From the NCBI GenBank assembly GCA_017399945.1, contig JAFQAQ010000004.1, positions 199,022-263,021 of the forward strand: a DNA stretch of 64,000 nt. Reading direction: 5' to 3'. The notes beneath the pieces are model-generated. The model saw nothing but the letters and a program-made list of their open reading frames with translations, was not told the origin of the DNA and did no database searches. How positions within the stretch are numbered: position 1 is the first letter of the stretch; each line of letters starts with the position of its first letter. Both the position numbers and the translations under genes were made by a program. This DNA comes from Clostridia bacterium (GTDB taxonomy: Bacteria > Bacillota > Clostridia > Christensenellales > Borkfalkiaceae). This document shows positions 24,680 through 33,688 of this stretch, one piece after another.

Positions 24680-26649
24680 TAAAACACCTGACTGCCGTCT
24701 TCTATATCGCGTTCGGGAGTAAGGAATGCTAGTTCGCCTTTATCGTTTTCAGCGCAAACTATCATACCTTCACTCATAATTCCACATAGTTTGCAAGGCT
24801 TTAAGTTGGTTACCATCATCAACTTTTTGCCGATTAAGTATTCGGGAGAGTATGCTAGCGCTATACCACTTACTACCGTTCTGGTTTCTTCGCCTAGTTG
24901 GACGGTTAGTTTTAATAACTTTTTGCTTTTTTCAATCTTTTCACATGCAATTACTTTTGCTATTTTTAGTTGTACCTTTGCAAAATCGTCTATTTCTATT
25001 TGTGGTTTAAGAGAATGATCGTGTAATTGTACTTGTGGTTTTGCTTGTTCTTTATTTTTTTCTTCTATCATTTTGTTTACTTGTTCCATAACCTTTGCTG
25101 AATCTAAACGCGCGAATAATATTTCGGGAGTTGCAGTAACTTTTGTGGTTTCGGTTAAACCGAACTTATCTAAATCTTGATAATCTCTTGCAGTTACACC
25201 TAGCATATCAAAGGCTTTTTTGCAGGTGTCTGGAATAAACGGAGTTAAAAGCGCCAATCCAATGGATAAGGTTTCTACTAGATTGTATAAAACGGTTGCT
25301 AGTCTGCCCCTGTTGCTTTCTTCCTTGGCAAGCACCCAAGGCGCAGTTTCGTCTATATATTTGTTTGCTCTACGGAAAATACTCATAATCTCGCTAATTG
25401 CGTCGGATATTTTGTATTCGCCCATTTTTTTGCTTACTTTTGCATAAGCAGAGGTAGCAACGTCTTTAAGTTCTTGGTCGATAGCTTCTTTTACGTTGGT
25501 GTTTTCCACCTTGCCGTCGAAATACTTGTTGCTCATAGCAATCGTACGGCTAACCAAGTTGCCGAATACGTTTGCTAAATCGCTGTTGATGGTTTCGATA
25601 ACGCTTTCCCAAGTAATAATTCCGTCGTTATCGTGTGGCATTGCCGTTAGAACGTAGTATCTTACGGCGTCCTTTCCAAAGAATTTTACTAAATCGTCGG
25701 CGTAGATAACGTTGCCTTTGGATTTACTCATCTTTCCGCCTTCTTGAAGTAGCCATCCGTGACCGTATACTTGCTTTGGAAGGGGGATATCCAGTGCCAT
25801 CAAAAAGATAGGCCAGTAAATAGTGTGGAATCTTACTATGTCCTTTCCAACCACGTGTACGTTACACGGCCAATAGTCTTTATAAAGTTGGTCGTCGTTA
25901 CCGTCTGCCGTATATCCAAGACCGGTTATATAATTAGTCAACGCGTCAAGCCAAACGTATACGACGTGTTTATCGTCAAAATCAACGGGAATTCCCCACT
26001 TAAAAGAACTTCTCGAAACGCATAAATCTTGTAAACCTGGTTTTAAAAAGTTGTTTACCATTTCGTTCTTGCGGGAAACGGGCACGATAAAATCAGGGTT
26101 ATCTTCGTAATATTTCATCAAGCGGTCTGCGTATTTGCTCATTTTGAAGAAATACGCTTCTTCGTTGGCTTTTTTAACTTCTCTACCACAATCGGGGCAT
26201 TTGCCGTCTTTTAGTTGGCTTTCCGTCCAAAAAGATTCGCAAGGGGTGCAATACCAACCTTCGTACGAGCCCTTGTATATATCCCCTTGTTCGTATAGTT
26301 TTTTGAATATTCTTTGCACGGTCTTTACGTGGTCATTATCGGTAGTTCTTATAAACTTATCGTAAGAAACGCCCACCATATCCCAAATATCACGAATTTC
26401 GCTAGCAACGCCGTCAACGAATTGTTGGGGCGTTTTGTTTGCGTTTTTTGCCTTTTCTTCAATCTTTTGACCGTGTTCGTCCGTGCCCGTTTGGAATCTT
26501 ACGTCGTAACCGTCAAGCCTATAAAAACGAGCCATGCTATCGGCTAAAATCGCTTCGTACGTGTTGCCGATATGCGGTTTTCCGGACGTGTATGCTATCG
26601 CTGTGGTTATATAATATTTGCCTTTCAAATTCGTCACCTCTAAGTGCAT
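24679..26649 (-). CDS. metG: methionine--tRNA ligase with C-terminal tRNA-binding (EMAP/Trbp111-like) domain
   Basis: 656 aa. The KPHIGN (HIGH-type) motif, a CPDCG zinc knuckle, KMSKSKGN and a C-terminal OB domain. Confidence 0.93.
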   Translation of the reverse strand: MHLEVTNLKGKYYITTAIAYTSGKPHIGNTYEAILADSMARFYRLDGYDVRFQTGTDEHGQKIEEKAKNANKTPQQFVDGVASEIRDIWDMVGVSYDKFIRTTDNDHVKTVQRIFKKLYEQGDIYKGSYEGWYCTPCESFWTESQLKDGKCPDCGREVKKANEEAYFFKMSKYADRLMKYYEDNPDFIVPVSRKNEMVNNFLKPGLQDLCVSRSSFKWGIPVDFDDKHVVYVWLDALTNYITGLGYTADGNDDQLYKDYWPCNVHVVGKDIVRFHTIYWPIFLMALDIPLPKQVYGHGWLLQEGGKMSKSKGNVIYADDLVKFFGKDAVRYYVLTAMPHDNDGIITWESVIETINSDLANVFGNLVSRTIAMSNKYFDGKVENTNVKEAIDQELKDVATSAYAKVSKKMGEYKISDAISEIMSIFRRANKYIDETAPWVLAKEESNRGRLATVLYNLVETLSIGLALLTPFIPDTCKKAFDMLGVTARDYQDLDKFGLTETTKVTATPEILFARLDSAKVMEQVNKMIEEKNKEQAKPQVQLHDHSLKPQIEIDDFAKVQLKIAKVIACEKIEKSKKLLKLTVQLGEETRTVVSGIALAYSPEYLIGKKLMMVTNLKPCKLCGIMSEGMIVCAENDKGELAFLTPERDIEDGSQVF

Positions 26650-26717
26650 AATTTAACCATTTTATTTTATCACATTTTTTTTACATATTCAAGAGTATTT
26701 AGGCATAAAGTTGTTAT

Positions 26718-27266
26718 ATGAACGTAATTTTTGGAATAGTGCTTATCGCCTCTACTTTTTTACTTATAATCGCTAACCCCGACGCAGTGCTTGGAGCAAT
26801 GCTTTCGGGTGGGGAAAAAGCCCTTTCGTTATCGGTTAAAATGGTGGTCGTTTACGCCGTTTGGCTAGGGGTTTTTCAACTGCTTGAAAACTCCGGTTTG
26901 TCTAAAAAAATCGCTAGTCTTTTTAAGCCCGTAAATAGACTTCTTTTCGGCAAACTTCCCGACAAAGCTAACGATTACGTTTCCTTAAACCTTTCGGCTA
27001 ATCTTTTGGGTATGAGCGGAGCGACGACGCCTATGGGTATTAAGAGCGTGGAAGAACTTGAAAAACACCCTAACACTAGATACGCTATCGCTATGTTTTT
27101 CGTTATAAACGCAACTAGCGTGCAACTTATTCCGTCTTCGGTTATGGGACTTAGAACGACCATGGGTTCTATATCTCCTGCCGATATTATTTTGCCAACC
27201 ATTTTAGCCACACTGCTATCTACCGTTATCGGCGTGATTTTAGTTAGAGTTTTTTGTAGGAGATAG
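26718..27266 (+). CDS. spmA: spore maturation protein A (nucleoside-recognition/gate domain membrane protein)
   Basis: 182-aa membrane ORF followed 3 nt later by an spmB-like ORF. The pattern is typical of SpmA. Confidence 0.65.
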   Translation: MNVIFGIVLIASTFLLIIANPDAVLGAMLSGGEKALSLSVKMVVVYAVWLGVFQLLENSGLSKKIASLFKPVNRLLFGKLPDKANDYVSLNLSANLLGMSGATTPMGIKSVEELEKHPNTRYAIAMFFVINATSVQLIPSSVMGLRTTMGSISPADIILPTILATLLSTVIGVILVRVFCRR

Positions 27267-27269
27267 ATC

Positions 27270-27776
27270 GTGTCTAAGTATTTTATACCCGTTTTATTTT
27301 TAGTAATTTTTCTTTTTGCCGTATTTAAAAAAGTAAAGCCGTACGACGCTTTTACCCAAGGAGCGAAATCTGCCATACCTTTTGCGACAAAGGTTTTTCC
27401 TTATTTAGTAAGCATTTTCGTTTTAACCGAACTTTTTGAAGTCAGCGGAATTTCCGACGCGGTAACCCGACTGGTTTCGCCCGTGTTTTCTTTTTTGGGT
27501 ATTCCAAAAGAACTTACTAAACTAGTGCTAATTAAACCCTTTTCGGGAAACGCATCCCTAGCAATGCTTACCGATATTTTTAATACCTACGGAGTGGACA
27601 GCTATTTAGCACGAACGGCTTGCGTTATTTACGGCAGTAGCGAAACGGTTTTTTATATTGCGGCGGTTTATTTTGCCGGTGCTAAAAACAAAAAACTAAC
27701 TCTACCCATCGTCATTTCGCTTTTCGCTAGTTTTTGTTCGTGCGTTTTCGCTTGTTTTATTTGTAAAATTATGTAA
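27270..27776 (+). CDS. spmB: spore maturation protein B
   Basis: 168-aa membrane ORF with a GTG start preceded by AGGAG. Paired with spmA. Confidence 0.65.
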   Translation: MSKYFIPVLFLVIFLFAVFKKVKPYDAFTQGAKSAIPFATKVFPYLVSIFVLTELFEVSGISDAVTRLVSPVFSFLGIPKELTKLVLIKPFSGNASLAMLTDIFNTYGVDSYLARTACVIYGSSETVFYIAAVYFAGAKNKKLTLPIVISLFASFCSCVFACFICKIM

Positions 27777-27823
27777 AAAAAAGGCTTTGCTAAACCTAGC
27801 AAAGCCTTTAAGTTTTTCGTTTA

Positions 27824-29347
27824 TTATTCTTCTTCTACGTATTCGCCAACCGAATCGAAAAGTTCCACAACTTCTTTTTCGGGTGCTTTGGTGCAAAGGG
27901 TTACGATTACACAAGTAAGCACACCGATAATAAATCCTGGAACAAGTTCATATAAGTTGGTTGCATAAATCCAACTTGCATCGCCTTTGTTAAATGCAAA
28001 CATCCAGAATACGGTTACCAAAAATCCCGTTATAATTCCACTAACTGCACCTTTGTAGTTAAATCTTCTCCAGAAAAGTGCCAATATGATAGTAGGACCA
28101 AACGCTGCGCCAAACAATGCCCAAGCAGATTCAACAAGTGCCATAATTCCACCCGAATTTGGGTTGATTGCAATAAGCAATGCAATGATTAAGATAAAGG
28201 CAACGGTAAGTCTACCTACCCACATCATTTCTTTATCGCTTGCATTCTTTTTGATTGCCGACTTATACAAGTCTGATGAGAAAGCAGAAGAACTTGCTAG
28301 TAATTGAGAGTCAGCCGTACTCATAGCCGCCGCCACGATTGCAGAAAGCATTATGCCACCAATAAGACCTAACGCACCGATTCCGAATATCTTTTTAACC
28401 ATATTTACAAACACTAAAGAACTGTTTTCTTGCGTAATGGTGTCGCCCAAATATGCGTGGCCAACAATACCAACAACGGTTGCCATTGTTAAGATAATCG
28501 CAATCCAAACAATACCGATGATTTGGGATTTTTTCATTTCTTTTTCAGAACGAACTGACATATAACGAACAAGAATATGTGGCATACCAAAGTAGCCCAA
28601 TCCCCAGCCAAGACCTGACAATATATCAGAAATACTTGCCCAGTTGAAAGAACCACTTGAAAGCAAACTGAAATAGTTTTCGCCAGTAACTACCGTTCCG
28701 ATTGAGCCTGTTCCGTTAAGAACGAAAAGCGCAACGATTGGAACAAGCATAAGCGCTGCAAGCATTATCATACCTTGAACAAGGTCAGTCCAACAAACTG
28801 CGTTAAATCCACCCAAAAGCGTGTAACCTAAAATTACAATAGCCGCCAATATCATTGCAGTGGTTTTTTCCATTCCAAGTACAATATTAAACAAGTCGCC
28901 ACAAGCAGACAAACTTGACGCTGTGTAAACGCAGTATGCAATTACAAAGATTATTGCACAAAAGATTTGCAAAATATTGTTTTTAGCCTTAAATCTGTTT
29001 GTTAAAAATTGTGGAATAGTAATGGAGTCGTTTGCCTTAATCGCATATCTACGAAGTTTTGGTGCGATAAACAACCAAGCACAAATAGTACCGATTAAAA
29101 GACCAATAGAAATCCAAACTTTTCCTAAACCGTACAAACATATTGAACCCGGCAAGCCCATTAAAACCCATGCACTCATATCGGATGCACCGGCCGAAAA
29201 GGCCGCAACCAAGCCACCCATGTTTCTTCCGCCTAAGAAGTACTCCTTTTCGCTTGACTTGTTTCTGCCCTTAAAAAAGAAATAAAAGCCGATTGCAATC
29301 ATCATTGCGAAGTACAAAATAAACATCGCTAATTCAAAATAATTCAT
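27824..29347 (-). CDS. putP: sodium:proline symporter (SSS family)
   Basis: 507 aa. YFLGGRNMGGLVAAFSAGASDMSAWVLMGLPG is closely PutP-like, and the protein is polytopic. Confidence 0.8.
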   Translation of the reverse strand: MNYFELAMFILYFAMMIAIGFYFFFKGRNKSSEKEYFLGGRNMGGLVAAFSAGASDMSAWVLMGLPGSICLYGLGKVWISIGLLIGTICAWLFIAPKLRRYAIKANDSITIPQFLTNRFKAKNNILQIFCAIIFVIAYCVYTASSLSACGDLFNIVLGMEKTTAMILAAIVILGYTLLGGFNAVCWTDLVQGMIMLAALMLVPIVALFVLNGTGSIGTVVTGENYFSLLSSGSFNWASISDILSGLGWGLGYFGMPHILVRYMSVRSEKEMKKSQIIGIVWIAIILTMATVVGIVGHAYLGDTITQENSSLVFVNMVKKIFGIGALGLIGGIMLSAIVAAAMSTADSQLLASSSAFSSDLYKSAIKKNASDKEMMWVGRLTVAFILIIALLIAINPNSGGIMALVESAWALFGAAFGPTIILALFWRRFNYKGAVSGIITGFLVTVFWMFAFNKGDASWIYATNLYELVPGFIIGVLTCVIVTLCTKAPEKEVVELFDSVGEYVEEE

Positions 29348-29515
29348 TGCTATCTCCCAATAAAGTATTTATAAAACCTTATTAGTTTACCAAAATCAAA
29401 ATAAATTGTCAATCACAATATAGCGTTTTAGACATTTGTTAACATTGTTTTACCATTTATTACCCGATTTTCGTTTTGCTAGCGTTTATACTCTATCGTA
29501 TTATAGGAGAGAATC

Positions 29516-30271
29516 GTGAAAAGTTTTAGGTTTATTCGCCCGTTTTTTGCGTGGTTTTTATCAGTTAGTCTTATTGTCTTTTGCTTTTTTTCTTGCTTTA
29601 CACCATTTAAGGTTAAAGCTGATACCAACGACGTTTATTACAGAGTAATTACCGACGACGTGGGTTTTTTTTCTAAAAGAGAGGACAAATTGCCCGCCTT
29701 TTATTTACCTAAGTCTTATTTCGTAAGGTTGGTTGACGATTACGGTGAATTTTTGCACGTGGAATGTTTTGGAAGTCAGTTATCCCCCACCCTTGACGGA
29801 TACGTTCTTGCAAGTCAAGTGGTTTTGTATAAAGAACAACTCTCTTCCCCGTATTTAGACCTTTCCGTGACCACAAGCGTTGCAACCGGACTATTTTCGG
29901 ACGTAAACTTAACAGTCCGTCAACAAATGGTTTTTGCCGATAGACAACTTGGATTTTACGGCAACATAAAAGCAGACGATGGGGAAACTTTGTTTTTCGT
30001 GCATTATAACGACAAGGTAGGATACGTTAAAGAAAGCGCAATCACACCGTTTACAATCCCTTTTCACCCTATACCGTTAGTTACCGACCAACCGGAAGTT
30101 GAAGGTGATAGAGAGCAATCGACTTCTACCACCAATCAAACGTTTAGGGCGGCGATTATTATTTGTCTTATGATAGCCGGATTATTGGCCATAATTATCG
30201 TTTATAAACGAAAAAGTTCCAATCCAAACGCCGTTTTAAGCGTCAGCGAACAAGAGTTTGAGCAAGAATAA
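29516..30271 (+). CDS. hypothetical membrane-anchored protein with two SH3b-like segments (N-terminal signal/TM, C-terminal TM)
   Basis: GTG start with an AGGAGAG RBS. A hydrophobic N-terminus, a C-terminal FRAAIIICLMIAGLLAIIIVYKRK anchor and GYV-type SH3b-like repeats. Confidence 0.5.
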   Translation: MKSFRFIRPFFAWFLSVSLIVFCFFSCFTPFKVKADTNDVYYRVITDDVGFFSKREDKLPAFYLPKSYFVRLVDDYGEFLHVECFGSQLSPTLDGYVLASQVVLYKEQLSSPYLDLSVTTSVATGLFSDVNLTVRQQMVFADRQLGFYGNIKADDGETLFFVHYNDKVGYVKESAITPFTIPFHPIPLVTDQPEVEGDREQSTSTTNQTFRAAIIICLMIAGLLAIIIVYKRKSSNPNAVLSVSEQEFEQE

Positions 30272-30286
30272 ATCTTATTTAACTTT

Positions 30287-30814
30287 CTAAGCGCATTTTA
30301 AAATCCGTTCCTGAGGAGCGGATTTTTCTTTTACTACGGTTATTTTCTTTTTGCGTTTTCTATAACGTTCTTTTTCCTTGGTCATTTTAAGTTCTGTAGA
30401 GAAAAGATGAACTTCGTTACATAAATATTCAAACTTTCCTTCGGAATACCCACAACTCTCTAATAACCTAGCAAATCTAGCGACAGCCCTTGCAACTTTT
30501 CTGTAAAAATTACAACCAAAACTTTTTATCAATTGCTCGGATTCATTAGGTTTTTGCTTGGAAAACTTGTAATTAATAATCATTTGATCTTCGGGCGTCA
30601 TCTTATTTATAACAAAATCACATAATAGTTTTAACTTGATAACTAAATCCTTTTTTATGGTTATATCAATTATCCTTTGCGCTAATTCCTCACAAGGTCT
30701 TACGTCCCCGAACGCGCTGAGCGCCTTTCTTTCAGCTAGGTCGTCTAGCACGTTTAATACCATCTCCATCTTGGGATATGCGTATAAAATTGTCTTTGCA
30801 TAAATTGCTTTCAT
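30287..30814 (-). CDS. hypothetical small protein, possibly a sigma-70 region-4/HTH-like regulator
   Basis: The track ORF is trimmed to the second Met (MKAIYAK...), which has an AAAGGAG RBS. The MTPEDQMIINYKF...NFYRKVARAVARFARLL pattern resembles region-4-type regulators. The C-terminus is Lys/Arg-rich. Confidence 0.4.
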   Translation of the reverse strand: MKAIYAKTILYAYPKMEMVLNVLDDLAERKALSAFGDVRPCEELAQRIIDITIKKDLVIKLKLLCDFVINKMTPEDQMIINYKFSKQKPNESEQLIKSFGCNFYRKVARAVARFARLLESCGYSEGKFEYLCNEVHLFSTELKMTKEKERYRKRKKKITVVKEKSAPQERILKCA

Positions 30815-30852
30815 TGGTTCTCCTTTCAACATTTTTTCGTGTGCACATTTAA

Positions 30853-30881
30853 AGTATAAAACGAAAAATCGCCATAGTCAA
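30853..30881 (-). promoter_or_regulatory. putative promoter of the 30287..30814 gene (TTGACT-17-TATACT)
   Basis: On the minus strand, TTGACT is at 30881-30876, the spacer is 17 nt and TATACT is at 30858-30853. Confidence 0.5.
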
Positions 30882-30897
30882 TTGCTATATGTCAGTT

Positions 30898-30931
30898 TTT
30901 GTACAAAATTCTTGATATTTGTACAAAATTC
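30898..30931. promoter_or_regulatory. two direct copies of TTTGTACAAAATTC spaced 20 nt apart (candidate operator/activator sites)
   Basis: Exact 14-mers at 30898-30911 and 30918-30931, each containing the palindrome TGTACA. They lie just upstream of the -35 box of the minus-strand promoter. Confidence 0.4.
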
Positions 30932-30990
30932 CGTCAACCCTGCACTTTTTATCAATTGGCAACCCTAATTTTTAGCGCTTTTTCTTAATA

Positions 30991-31004
30991 CGAACATTTG
31001 TTCG
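30991..31004. promoter_or_regulatory. LexA (Cheo/DinR) box-like palindrome CGAACATTTGTTCG
   Basis: It matches the Firmicutes SOS-box core CGAAC-N4-GTTCG at all 10 fixed positions and lies in the divergent intergenic region. Confidence 0.45.
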
Positions 31005-31141
31005 TACTTCTATTTTTATTGTACTACCCTACGTTGTCAGTTTCTGTCAAGTTTGCGCTTTGACGCACTTTTTTCTTTTTATTTAAATGTATTTATTTTT
31101 ATATAGTGACAAATCTTTTTTTATGTGTTAAAATAGAGGGT

Positions 31142-33619
31142 ATGAGAAAGTTATTTTTTAATGCAAAAGCTTGTTTGCTTTTAGTTTTACCTTTAATATT
31201 AGTTGCTTGCGTAGCCCTTTTTGCTCCGCAATCTTCCACTGCCCTTGCAGACGATTTTGAATATCTAAAAACTCTGCCGCTTACCGATACTGAAGTTTAC
31301 GATTTTAGTTCGTCTTCTCCAAAGGACGCCCTGCATTTTGGTAACGGTTGCGCGCTTATAAAAGACGATAAAACTCTTTGGTTTTCCATTGACGAACAGC
31401 CTTACTTTGAATATCCGCTTTTAGTTCATAAAAACCCTATTCAAATCAAAAGGTTGTCAGACGATATTTTGGTGGTTAACGACGATAATATTTTGTATTT
31501 TGTCGACCTTAACGACCTTACGAAAGCGCCTACCTTGGTTGAGTATCAAAACACTTCCGTTCAAGCTAGTTATTTTGACGTTAACAGCAATTATTTGGTT
31601 ACTTTCTCTGGAAATACCGTTACTAGATATCAATTAAACAACGGAGTTATTCTTGCCGATAGCAAGGTTGAAATTTGGAACTTTGCCGAAGCACAATCCC
31701 CCACTTGCGTTGACCAAGCGGGTAACGTTTTCTTTATAAATTCGGATAGAAGCGTTTGGGTTTATTCAGCCGACCAGTCTTTAACCAACCTTTATACTCG
31801 CACGGATAAAATTACCCATCTTCTTACCGACGGCAAGTTGGTGTTTATGATTGAAGGTGGTTCGGTTAAGAGTTTGGACGTTGCAACCAAAACAGTTACC
31901 GAGTTTACCTTAAACGAAAACCCTGAGTTTGATTTAGGCGTTATCAATAAGCCCGTCAGCATTTCGTTTAACGGAACTAATCTTTTTATTTCCGATTCGG
32001 GCGCGCAAGCAGTTTGCGAATACGCGGTTAACGACACCACCCTTAACTTTACCGGCTTTGCTATCGCAAAAAATAAAACGGCGTTTAACCGAGTGGCTAA
32101 CGACGTTGTTGACCTTGAAAGATTTAACGGTAAACTCGCTATTCTTTCTAGCGATAGGGTGACCGTTATCGATTACGATAATGATTTTAGCCCTTATAAT
32201 AAAGAAGACTTCCTTAATCTTACCAAAACCACCCTGTCGACAGACTTTCCACAAGCTATCGCTATGGGTAACGGAAGAATACTTTTTGCTTACAATAATT
32301 CGGTTAAGTATTACGATTTAGCCACCAACACCATTTCGCAAGCAATTGATTTCGGTACTTCTATCGTTAAGGACGTGTGTTATCAAAGCGGGTATTTTTA
32401 CGTTTTAGTTAATAATACCGTAAACGGCGCTACTTTTACTAGCAGCACGACGCATAAGATTAACGAACAAACATTTACTTCGGTTAAAGCAACTGATTAC
32501 GACGATCCTTACGTTAGTTTTACGGTAGACGTTTTTGGTAACGAGATTTTTTCTTCGGATATATCGGTAGTTAAAATGGCTTCCGACGTTAAAGGACAAG
32601 TTTTTGCTTTTAAGGACGGCGCTTTCTATTTGGTTGATAACGCAACCGGCGATTTCCTTCCCTACTCTACGACAACCGTTCCTTACGGCATAAAAACCTT
32701 TGCAATAGGTTTTGAAAATAGCGTTTTAGATTTCTTTTTTGAAGGTTCGGAGTTTATGTATTCTTCTACCGATATGCCGGTTACTGGTATTAACGGCACG
32801 AAAACGCCAAGCGAGCTTATCACTACCGGCAACCAAGCTAACGGTACTTTAAGGTTCGTTAGACCTTCTGAAAACGCCAACGTATACTCGGTCAATCTCG
32901 TAGACGGGCAATTCGTTTTTGATAAACTAGTTGACAAAGATACTTGTTACGTTTATATTTGCGACGTACCTAGCTTAGCACACAGCGTACTTTTAAGCAG
33001 TAACGGTTTAGTGCTTTGCAGTACTAATATGATAATCGATTACAACAATCCCACGCAAGATAACCTTAACTTACAACTTTACGTAACCACCGACGTTAAC
33101 GCTTATTACTTGCCAGTTATTACCCCAACCGACGATTATATTTTAAGGGATAACGACCTTGCCGTAAGATTAACAAAAGGCGACCAACTGCTTGCTGATA
33201 GTTATTTTGAATTTGGTGGAAGAGGGTTTTATCTAGTTGAATTTGAAAAGAATTCAACCACCTATCAAGCTTTCGTGCCAAAAGGATTTACTACCACGCA
33301 ACTATCCAAAGACTTTATTTACGATACTTACACCCTGCAAACGGTAAGGGCCACCAAGGTTTATTCAGATAAGGGACTTAAAACAGCCGTTTACACCTTG
33401 GTTGACGGTCAGTCGGTAAAAGTTTACGATAAGAACGGAAAGGTTGCTACCATAAGGTATTTCGACGGTCAACAATGGCTTGACGGATATATCAATCAAG
33501 AAGATTTGCAAAACAAACCCAACAAGGCTATTCGTAACACCTTAATCGTTCTTGCAGTTATTGCTTGTGCTTCGGGTACGACAACCTACTTTTTAATGAG
33601 AAAGAAAAAAGAAGATTAG
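31142..33619 (+). CDS. large hypothetical lipoprotein/surface protein with beta-propeller-like repeats, a C-terminal SH3b-like domain and a TM anchor
   Basis: The track ORF is trimmed to the ATG at 31142 (RBS AGAGGG). It has a signal peptide with the lipobox-like LILVAC, repetitive beta-rich sequence and a C-terminal TM segment (IVLAVIACASGTTTYFLMRKKK). Confidence 0.5.
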   Translation: MRKLFFNAKACLLLVLPLILVACVALFAPQSSTALADDFEYLKTLPLTDTEVYDFSSSSPKDALHFGNGCALIKDDKTLWFSIDEQPYFEYPLLVHKNPIQIKRLSDDILVVNDDNILYFVDLNDLTKAPTLVEYQNTSVQASYFDVNSNYLVTFSGNTVTRYQLNNGVILADSKVEIWNFAEAQSPTCVDQAGNVFFINSDRSVWVYSADQSLTNLYTRTDKITHLLTDGKLVFMIEGGSVKSLDVATKTVTEFTLNENPEFDLGVINKPVSISFNGTNLFISDSGAQAVCEYAVNDTTLNFTGFAIAKNKTAFNRVANDVVDLERFNGKLAILSSDRVTVIDYDNDFSPYNKEDFLNLTKTTLSTDFPQAIAMGNGRILFAYNNSVKYYDLATNTISQAIDFGTSIVKDVCYQSGYFYVLVNNTVNGATFTSSTTHKINEQTFTSVKATDYDDPYVSFTVDVFGNEIFSSDISVVKMASDVKGQVFAFKDGAFYLVDNATGDFLPYSTTTVPYGIKTFAIGFENSVLDFFFEGSEFMYSSTDMPVTGINGTKTPSELITTGNQANGTLRFVRPSENANVYSVNLVDGQFVFDKLVDKDTCYVYICDVPSLAHSVLLSSNGLVLCSTNMIIDYNNPTQDNLNLQLYVTTDVNAYYLPVITPTDDYILRDNDLAVRLTKGDQLLADSYFEFGGRGFYLVEFEKNSTTYQAFVPKGFTTTQLSKDFIYDTYTLQTVRATKVYSDKGLKTAVYTLVDGQSVKVYDKNGKVATIRYFDGQQWLDGYINQEDLQNKPNKAIRNTLIVLAVIACASGTTTYFLMRKKKED

Positions 33620-33634
33620 TTTAATATAAAGTTT

Positions 33635-33677
33635 ACGCCACGGCAGTTGCCGTGGCGTTTTCGTTTTGTTTTTTTAG
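33635..33677 (+). terminator. intrinsic terminator
   Basis: ACGCCACGGCA-GT-TGCCGTGGCGT (11-bp stem) followed by TTTCGTTTTGTTTTTTT. Confidence 0.85.
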
Positions 33678-33688
33678 GCATAACCCTT

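Noticed and set aside
26650-26717. Looked for a T-box leader upstream of metG.
   Set aside because: Only 68 nt separate metG from the divergent spmA start. That is too short for a T-box, and there is no specifier/T-box sequence or terminator-antiterminator pair.
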